Shown here piece after piece: positions 11,387-20,000 of a stretch of 20,000 nt of DNA. The translations under genes and the position numbers were made by a program. The first letter of the stretch is position 1. The number at the start of each line of letters is the position of its first letter. Origin of the DNA: Squalus acanthias (Eukaryota); NCBI GenBank assembly GCA_030390025.1, contig JASTWF010000350.1:484528-504527 (forward strand), read 5' to 3'. The notes under the pieces were generated by a model. That model did no database searches, was not told the DNA's origin, and saw only the letters and a list, made by a program, of their open reading frames with translations.

Positions 11387-12388
11387 ATGGGAGCGGTAGC
11401 ATAGTGGTAATGTTACTGGGCTAGTAATCCAAAGGCTTGGACTAATGATCCAGATACGTGAGTTCAAATCCCACCACGGCAGCTGGGGAATTTAACTTCA
11501 GTTAATTAAATAAATCTGGAATAATTACTAATCAGTAATGGTAACTAGGAAACTATTGGATTGTCTTAAAAACCCATCTGGTTCACTAATGTCCTTTAGG
11601 GAAGGGAATCTGCTGCCCATACCTGGTCTGGCCTATATGTGACTCCAGACCCACAGCAATGTGGTTGACTATTAACTGACCTCTGAAATGGCCTAGCAAG
11701 TCACTCAGTTGTAACTAACCGCTGCAAAAAATAATTAGAATGAAACTGGATGGACCACCCGGCATCGACCTCGGCACCAGCTACGGACATGGCAACGGCA
11801 CACCCAGCCCAGTCGACCCTGCAAACTCCTCCTCATCCAACATCTGGGGACTTGTGCCAAAATTGGGAGAGCTGTCCCACAGACTAGTCAAGCAACAGCC
11901 TGACATAGTCATACTCACACAATCATACCTTTCAGCCAATGTCCCAAATTCCTCCATCACCATCCCTGGGTATGTCCTGTCCCACAGGCAGGACAGACCC
12001 ACCAGGGGTGGCGGAACAGTGGTATACAGTCGGGAAGGGGTGGCCTTGGGAGTCTCAACATTGACTCCGGACCCCATGAAGTCTCATGGCTTCAGGTCAA
12101 GCATGGGCAAGGAAACCTCCTGCTGATTACCACCTACCGCCCTCCCTCAACTGATGAATCAGTACTCCTCCATGTTGAACACCACTTGGAAGAAGCACTG
12201 ACAGTAGCAAGGGCACAGAATGTACTCTGGGTGGGGGACTTCAATGTACATCACCAAGAGTGGCTCGGTAGCACCACTACTGACCGAGCTGGCTGAGTCC
12301 TGAAGGGCAGACTGCGACAGGTGGTGAGAGAACCAACATGAGGGAAAACCCTACTTGACCTCGTCCTCACCAACCTACCTGTCGCAGA
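11387..12388 (+). mobile_element. Non-LTR retrotransposon 5' portion: tRNA-like head, SINE-like body, then decayed APE endonuclease
   Basis: A box TAGCATAGTGG at 11398 and B box GTTCAAATC at 11462. Coding remnants NIWGLVPKLGEL..PDIVILTQSY..GY..DR..GGG, YRPP, VGDFNVHH and EPT..LDLVLTN from about 11840 to 12388, with frameshifts and stops. Confidence 0.8.
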
Positions 12389-12390
12389 AG

Positions 12391-12971
12391 CTGGTGAGAC
12401 CACACCTGGAGTATTGTGTGCAGTTTTGGTCTCCTTATTTAAGGAGGGCTATACTTGTATTGGAGGCAGTTCAGAGAAGGTTCACGAGGTTGATTCCTGA
12501 GATGAAGGGGTTGTCTTCTGAAGAAAGGTTGAGCAGGTTGGACCTATACTTATTGGAGTTCAGAAGAATGAGAGGTGATCTTATTGAAACATATAAGATT
12601 CTGAGGGGGCTTGACAGGGTAGATGCATGGAGGATGTTTCTCCTCGTGGGGGAATCTAGAACTGGGGGGCATAGTTTCAGAATAAGGTGTCGCCCATTGA
12701 AAACGAAGATGAGGAGGAATTTCTTCTCTCAGAGGGTCGTAAATCTTTGGAATTCTCTACCCCAGAGAGCTGTGGAGGCGGAGTCATTGAATATATTCAC
12801 AGTGGGGATAGACAGATATTTGAGCTACAGGGGAGTTAAGGGTTATGGGGAGCGGGCAGGAAAGTGGAGTTGAGGCCAAGATCAGATCAGCCATGATCTT
12901 ATTGAATGGCGGAGCAGGTTCGAGGGGCCGAATGGCCTACTCCTGCTCCTATTTCTTATGTTCTTATGTTC
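12391..12971 (+). mobile_element. 5'-truncated CR1 LINE 3' end
   Basis: LVRPHLEYCVQFWSPYL...GYGERAGKWS*, the same 3' UTR type as 3230-3320, and a (ttcttatg)n tail. Confidence 0.93.
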
Positions 12972-13511
12972 CTGTGACTTCCACACAGTCTTTGATTAGT
13001 TTGCTGTAGGGCTGCTTAACATCCATACTATAGGACAGGTCAATGCATCGTGCATGTGAGCAGATGAGAGTTTGGCTACTGGACAAATGTAACATTGCAT
13101 TTTTACACATACCTTCCTAAGTTGGAGGTCAATACAGTCAGAATTATGATGTAAGTTTTAACCCTGACGCTGACCCTTAACAGCACTGACAGTTTTAACT
13201 CGGTTCTGCTCGTGTCAGCTAACCACCTAATGGAAGATGCACCTTAGTGATGGGTTGGGTTAGTGTAAACTAATTACCTAACTTATTAGAAATAATGTCT
13301 TAAAATATAGAATTAATAGTGGAATGTACTGAAGAGATACAGAGTTGAAAACTAGCTTGTGGTCAGAAGATTCTCAAGGTTCAAAAGTAATGTAACTGCA
13401 GAAAGAAAGTGCTGTGTGATAAGATAACAGGAATAAAGAATTGTACTGATCTCACACAGATTGCGGATAGATATATCTTTGCTCATTAGCTAGGAATTCA
13501 GCTTATTTTGT

Positions 13512-13802
13512 TTGTATTCATTCTCGGGATGTGGGCATCGCTGACATCTAGTGCCCATACCTAGTTGCCCTGGACACAACTGAATGGTTCGCTCGGCCAC
13601 TTCAGAGGGCAGTTAAGAGTCAACAATGTTGGTGTGGGACTGGAGTCACGTATAGGCCAGACCGGGTAAGGACAGCAGGTTGCCTTCCCTAAAGGTCATT
13701 AGTGAATCAGATGGGGTTTTAGGACAATCCGACAGCTTCATGGTCACTTTTACTGAGACCAGCTCTTTATGTCCAGATTCTTTTAATACTGAAATCAAAT
13801 TC
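13512..13802 (-). mobile_element. 5'-truncated SINE-like element sharing its body with 11488-11712
   Basis: The reverse complement of 13576-13802 aligns by eye with 11488-11712; it then ends in a distinct tail cagcgatgcccacatcccgagaatgaat. Confidence 0.75.
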
Positions 13803-14094
13803 TAAAATTATTAACTGAGTTATCGATAAGGTAAACTTTTGCTTATTAGTTTCTACTGATATGAAATATTTTAAACATTTTTTTAACTCCAGCCTAGCGA
13901 AAGTGCTGCTGTCTTCCAGATCGGTAATGTATGATCTGTTTATGTCTGTTGAATAAAGCTTACAGAGAGTCTTTTGGTAGAGGAGTGTCCCATTGCAGCC
14001 TAAGCTTTAAAAATGGTTGTAGCCCTCAACTTGGAAGAGTCCAACAGGTACTGCTCGGCTTTCTGTCCCCATGGAAGAGTTGCGTGTGACTCAC

Positions 14095-14186
14095 CTAAAC
14101 AGCAGCATCAAGGCATTGAAGAAGGTGTGGAAGTTGTTGTGCCGATTGATGGGGGTACTGTCGTCCAGGCCGATGTTTCCAAAGAG
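14095..14186 (-). CDS. CACNA1E: Cav2.3 exon, domain IV S5-P loop (92 nt, phase 0/2)
   Basis: [30 protein letters not shown](R); tcgcag| acceptor, AG|gtgagt donor; phase joins the next exon. Confidence 0.94.
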
Positions 14187-14306
14187 CTGCGATAATCCAG
14201 GGAGAGATTGCAGCAGTTCTGTTAGTCAGCACACAGAATACTGGCTCAATGTATTCACATATTTCTATTCACATGTAAAGTCTTTCTGTGTAACAGAGCG
14301 CCCCAC

Positions 14307-14372
14307 CTGCATTCCAATAATGGCGTATATGAAGAACAACATCGCAATCAGGAGGCAGACGTACGGGAGGGC
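14307..14372 (-). CDS. CACNA1E: Cav2.3 exon, domain IV S5 (66 nt, phase 0/0)
   Basis: [22 protein letters not shown], the conserved Cav2 IVS5; ctcctccccag| acceptor, CAG|gtgggg donor. Confidence 0.95.
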
Positions 14373-14543
14373 CTGGGGAGGAGAGCATTTGATGATCGTG
14401 AATACTGCAATATGTTAATCAGAAGATGCCAAACACAAGGAGGAAAGCCCAATCCTCTGTTTATTAATAATAAATAACAACAGAAAACGCTGGAAAAACT
14501 CAGCAGGCCAGGCAGCATCCGTGGAGACTGAAACAGAGTTAAC

Positions 14544-15278
14544 GGCCCAGAAATTAAAGACGGAGCCTTCCTGCGGGGGTAAGGCTTCCCCGCGATATCT
14601 CACTGCGCGCCTGCCTTTTCCCTCCGAGCTCACACGAACTTTAGTTTCATGGCTGCAGCTGTGCAGTGTGCGCGTATCCCACAGACGCAGTTAATTCGTG
14701 CGAGCTGTGGGATCACGTGATTCAGTTAGAGCCAATGGCAGCACACCATCTTTCATTCATAGTTTTGACAGCAAGGGCTGTCAAAGCTATGAAGCTATAC
14801 CCCCCCCAAAAGAACAGCTAAACCTCAATTAAATTAAAAAAAAAAACCATCACATTAATAAAATAAGTATAGTTTATTAAATTAACCACTTTAAAAAAAA
14901 AATTAAATTTTTTAAAAAAAATTTAAAATCTTTTTAAAAGTTATAAAAATTAACTTACCTTTCTTTAAAGTCTCTAAAAAAGATATACCTGTTGAAAATT
15001 TTTTAAAATAATACTTAATTAACTACTTACCTTGTTAAAAGAGGGTCTTACGCCTCCTTTCTTTATGTGCAAAATCTTCCATGCTTACCTGCGCGTTCAA
15101 AGCACTAAGTGCACTGTGTGCGCGCAGCCTGTAACGCGCACGCGGTTCACCTAGGAACCGCCCCCTTTTGAGTTCACCAAGTGCCGGTTTTCAGCGCATG
15201 CAGAAAACCGGCAATTGGAGACAGAATACGCGAGAGTACACAATGCGTACTCTCGCGTACTGAGACTATTTTTGGGCC
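14544..15278. mobile_element. Non-autonomous DNA transposon (MITE-like, possibly PIF/Harbinger), 735 bp, nested in the left arm
   Basis: Termini ggcccagaaat / atttttgggcc (10/11 inverted match). Flanks aac/aaa fit a 3-bp TSD with one mismatch; the uninterrupted right arm shows the empty site gagttaacgtttc. Confidence 0.75.
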
Positions 15279-15281
15279 AAA

Positions 15282-15311
15282 GTTTCAGGTCGAAGACCTT
15301 TCGTCAGAACT
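15282..15311 (-). ncRNA. Minimal type I hammerhead ribozyme motif, interrupted
   Basis: agtt-CTGACGA-a-aggtc-ttc-gacct-GAAA-c; the GTT cleavage triplet and stem I 3' strand are displaced to 14537-14543 by the MITE. Confidence 0.65.
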
Positions 15312-15841
15312 GGAAAAAAGCAGGAAATGAAATAGATTTAAAGCAAGTATAAAGCTGGGAAAAGGGGGAGGGGATGAAAGAACAAAAGGAGAGATTAAGA
15401 GAGATTGAGAGACATTAAGAGATAATCAAGGCAAGAGGAGGTGTTAATGTGACAGGTTGAGGTGAGATGAAGTGTGAAATGCACTGGCAGAATGAAGGAC
15501 AGCTGCCAGCTTCTGGGAGGAAAAAAAAATGGGGGGGCAAACAAAAGGGTGGATGAAAAAATAAAATATAAATGTGATAGGGGCCAAGGTTATCAGATTT
15601 ATATTTTATTTTTTCATCCACCCTTTTGTTTGCCCCCCCAGAAGCTGGCAGCTGTCCTTCATTCTGCCAGTGCATTTCACACTTCATTTAGCCTCAACCT
15701 GTCACATTAACACCACCTCTTGCCTTGATTATCTCTTACTGTCTCTCAATGTCTCTTAATCTCTCCTTTTGTTCTTTCATCCCCTCCCCCTTTTCGCAGC
15801 ATTATCCTTGCTTTAAATCTATTTCATTTCCTGCTATTTCC

Positions 15842-15878
15842 AGTTCTTACGAAAGGTCTTCGACCTGAAACGTTAACT
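15842..15878 (+). ncRNA. Minimal type I hammerhead ribozyme motif, core-mutated
   Basis: agtt-CTTACGA-a-aggtc-ttc-gacct-GAAA-cgtt-aact. Stem I agtt/aact, stem II aggtc/gacct, palindromic ACGT stem III; the CUGANGA box has G>U. Confidence 0.65.
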
Positions 15879-16008
15879 CTGTTTCTCTCTCCACGGATGC
15901 TGCCTGGCCTGCTGAGTTTTTCCAGCGTTTTCTGCTGTTATTTCGGATTTCCAGCATCCGCAGTATTTTGCTATCGTATATCTGTTTATTAATGTTTTGT
16001 TAGAAATC

Positions 16009-18270
16009 CCAGTGCACCAATACCTCACCAGTGCACCAATACCCCACCAGTGCAACCAATGTCTCACCGGTGCACCAATAAGCCACCAGTGCACCAATAC
16101 CTCACCAGTGCACCAATACCTCACCAGTGCACCAATACCTCACCAGTGCACCAATACCTCACCAGTGCACCAATACCTCACCAGTGCACCAAATACCTCA
16201 CCAGTGCACCAATGTCTCACCGGTGCACCAATGTCTCACCAGTGCACCAATATCCTACCAGTGCACCAATATCCCACCAGTGCACCAATATCCCACCAGT
16301 GCACCAATACCCCACCAGTGCACCAATACCCCACCAGTGCACCAATATCCCACCAGTGCACCAATACCTCACCAGTGCACCAATACCTCACCAGTGCACC
16401 AATGTCTCACCAGTGCACCAATGTCTCACCAGTGCACCAATACCTCACCAGTGCACCAATACCTCACCAGTGCACCAATGTCTCACCAGTGCACCAATAT
16501 CCCACCAGAGCACCAATACCTCACCAGTGCACCAATACCTCACCAGTGCACCAATACCTCACCAGTGCAACAATACCCCACCAGTGCACCAATGTCTCAC
16601 CAGTGCACCAATACCTCACCCGTGCACCAATATCCCACCAGTGCACCAGTACCTCACCAGTGCACCAATGTCTCACTGGTGCACCAATACCTCACCAGTG
16701 CACCAATGTCTCACCAGTGCACCAATACCTCACCCGTGCACCAATACCCAACCAGTTCACCAATACCCCACCAGTGCACCAATACCTCACCAGTGCACCA
16801 ATACCCAACCAGTTCACCAATACCCCACCAGTGCACCAATACCTCACCAGTGCACCAATATCCCACCAGTGCACCAATACCTCACCAGTGCACCAAAACC
16901 CCACCAGTGCACCAATACCTCACCAGTGCACCAATATCCCACCAGTGCACCAATGTCTCACCAGTGCACCAATATCCCACCAGTGCACCAATGTCTCACC
17001 AGTGCACCAATATTCCACCAATGCACCAAAACCTCACCAGTGCACCAATACCTCACCAGTGCCCCATTACCTCACCAGCGCACCAATACCTCACCAGTGC
17101 ACCAATACCTCACCAGCGCACCAATACCTCACCAGTGCACCAATACCCCACCAGTGCACCAATACCTCACCAGTGCACCAATGTCTCACCCGTGCACCAA
17201 TACCTCACCAGTGCACCAATGTCTCACCAGTGCACCAATACCTCACCAGTGCACCAATACCCCACCAGTGCACCAATGTCTCACCAGTGCACCAATACCT
17301 CACCCGTGCACCAATACCTCACCAGTGCACCAATACCCCACCAGTGCACCAATACCTCACCCGTGCACCAATACCTCACCCGTGCACCAATACCCCACCA
17401 GTGCACCAATACCTCACCCGTGCACCAATACCCCACCAGTGCACCAATACCTCACCCGTGCACCAATGTCTCACCAGTGCACCAATGTCTCACTGGTGCA
17501 CCAATACCTCATCAGTGCACCAATACCTCACCAGTGCACCAATGTCTCACCGGTGCACCAATACCTCATCAGTGCACCAATACCTCACCCGTGCACCAAT
17601 ACCCCACCAGTGCACCAATATCTCACCAGTGCACCAATACCTCACCAGTGCACCAATACCTCACCGGTGCACCAATACCCCACCAGTGCACCAATACCTC
17701 ACCAGTGCACCAATACCTCACCAGTGCACCAATGTCTCACCAGAGCACCAATACCCCACCAGTGCACCAATACCCCACCAGTGCGCCAATACCCCACCAG
17801 AGCACCAATACCCAACCAGTTCACCAATACCCCACCAGAGCACCAATACCCAACCAGTGCGCCAATACCCCACCAGAGCACCAATACCCAACCAGTTCAC
17901 CAATACCCCACCAGAGCACCAATACCTCACCAGAGCACCAATACCCCACCAGTGCACCAATACCCCACCAGAGCACCAATACCCCACCAGTGCACCAATG
18001 TCTCACCAGAGCACCAATACCCCACCAGTGCACCAATACCCCACCAGAGCACCAATACCCCACCAGAGCACCAATACCTCACCAGTGCACCAATACCCCA
18101 CCAGTGCACCAATACCCCACCAGTGCACCAATACCTCACCAGTGCACCAATGTCTCACCGGTGTACAATGTCTCACCGGTGCACCAGTACCCCACCAGTG
18201 CACCAATGTCTCACCAGTGCACCAATGTCTCACCAGTGCACCAATACCCCACCAGGACACCAATACCTCA
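16009..18270. repeat. 19-bp minisatellite, about 119 copies
   Basis: Unit ccagtgcaccaatacctca with variants (atgtctca, atacccca, atatccca). Confidence 0.97.
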
Positions 18271-18349
18271 TAAGGAGCAGAGAGCTGGCCATGAAGGCGC
18301 AGGTTAGCACTGCTGTCTGATGGCTCTGCTGTGACTTCCTGCTCAGGAT

Positions 18350-18722
<373 letters not shown>

Positions 18723-18894
18723 TCACCATCTGTGTCACAGTTATTATCACTCTCTGTCCTCTCACTGCTTTTTCATGGGGTATTGAGATACATTTTCATT
18801 TGGAATTTCCCTGAAATCCTGTCCCCTTTCCTGCTTTCCATTTTCTCACACCTTGGCAGTGAAACAAGCAATACACAAGGCTCACTGAGCCAGT

Positions 18895-19940
18895 TGTCAG
18901 TGCCCCTCTACCCTGTCAGTGCCCCTCTACCCTGTCAGTGCCCCTCTACCCCATCAGTGCCCTTTAACCCCATCAGTACCCCTCTACCCCATCAGTGCCC
19001 TTTAACCCTGTCAGTACCCCTCTACCCCATCAGTGCCCTTTAACCCTGTCAGTGTCCCTCTACCCTGTCAGTGTCCTTTAACCCTGTCAGTGCCCTTTAA
19101 CCCCGTAAGTGCCCCTCTACCCCATCAGTGCCCTTTAACCCCATCAGTGCCCTTTAACCCTGTCAGTGTCCCTCTACCCAGTCAGTGCCCTTTAACCCCG
19201 TCAGTGCCCCTCTACCCAATCAGTGCCCTTTAACCCTGTCAGTGCCCCTCTACCCAATCAGTGCCCTTTAACCCCATCAGTGCCCCTCTACCCCATCAGT
19301 GCCCTTTAACCCCATCAGTGCCCCTCTACCCCATCAGTGCCCTTTAACCCCATCAGTGCCCTTTAACCCTGTCAGTGTCCCTCTACCCAGTCAGTGCCCT
19401 TTAACCCCGTCAGTGCCCCTCTACCCAATCAGTGCCCTTTAACCCTGTCAGTGCCCCTCTACCGTGTCAGTGCCCTTTAACCCTGTCAGTGCCCCTCTAC
19501 CCTGTCAGTGCCCTTTAACCCTGTCAGTGCCTCTCTACCCAGTCAGTGCCCTTTAACCCGGTCAGTGCCCCTCTACCCCGTCAGTGCCCTTTAACCCTGT
19601 CAGTGCCTCTCTACCCAGTCAGTGCCCTTTAACCCTTTCAGTGCCCCTCTACCGCGTCAGTGCCCTTTAACCCTGTCAGTGGCTCTCTAAACAGTCAGTG
19701 CCATTTAACCCTGTCAGTGCCCTTTAACCCTGTCAGTGACCATCTACCCTGTCAGTGCCCTTTATCCCTGTCAGTGCCCTTTAAACCTGTCAGTGCCCTT
19801 TAACCCTGTCAGTGCACCTCTACCCCGTCAGTGCCCTTTAACCCCGTCAGTGTCCCTCTACCCTGTCAGTGCCCTTTAACCCTGTCAGTGCCCTTTAACC
19901 ATGTCAGCACCCCTCTACCTAGCCAGTGCCCCTCTACCCG
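18895..19940. repeat. 19-bp minisatellite with two interspersed variants, about 55 copies
   Basis: Units accctgtcagtgcccctct and accctgtcagtgcccttta, often alternating to give a 38-bp higher-order unit. Confidence 0.95.
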
Positions 19941-19968
19941 TTACTTCCACACACACTCTCACTCCTGA

Positions 19969-19972
<4 letters not shown>

Positions 19973-20000
<28 letters not shown>
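19973..20000. repeat. (CT)n microsatellite running off the window
   Basis: tctctctc... to the end of the window. Confidence 0.9.

Larger units (their letters stand above)
14469..15980. mobile_element. Penelope-like element remnant arranged as an inverted repeat, with 13-bp target-site duplication
   Basis: Direct repeat TCTGTTTATTAAT at 14456-14468 and 15981-15993. Arms 15282-15579/15591-15871 and 14472-14543/15872-15943 are reverse complements. A minimal hammerhead motif lies in each arm; hammerheads and inverted terminal copies are typical of Penelope-like elements. Confidence 0.8.

Noticed and set aside
10218..11467. Six-frame ORFs of 328-393 aa
   Set aside because: Minisatellite translation artefacts.
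11387..11480. Functional tRNA gene
   Set aside because: It has A/B boxes but no convincing cloverleaf or terminator, and continues into retroelement sequence.
15997..18320. Three overlapping 726-758 aa ORFs
   Set aside because: All frames are open because the 19-bp unit lacks stops; the translation is periodic and lies antisense within an intron.

Overview
Vertebrate genomic DNA, most likely elasmobranch (shark/ray) judging by the repeat families; that assignment is inference. The window is the intron-rich repeat-IV/proximal C-terminal part of a Cav2 voltage-gated calcium channel alpha-1 gene on the minus strand, best matching CACNA1E (Cav2.3). Seven GT-AG exons are readable: IVS4 (117 nt), IVS5 (66), pore loop (92 and 142), IVS6/EF-hand start (128), and two tandem 97-nt homologous exons equivalent to the mutually exclusive e37a/e37b EF-hand pair, both with open frames. 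The introns hold a decayed CR1 LINE, smaller CR1 fragments, a Deu-domain-type SINE, a tRNA-headed APE-encoding LINE fragment, five minisatellite arrays and a 1.1-kb TG/CA tract. There is also a nested element: a 13-bp-TSD-flanked Penelope-like inverted repeat carrying two minimal hammerhead ribozyme motifs. One motif is mutated in the core; the other is split at its predicted cleavage site by a TIR-bearing MITE. The long repeat-derived ORFs in the ORF track are artefacts.
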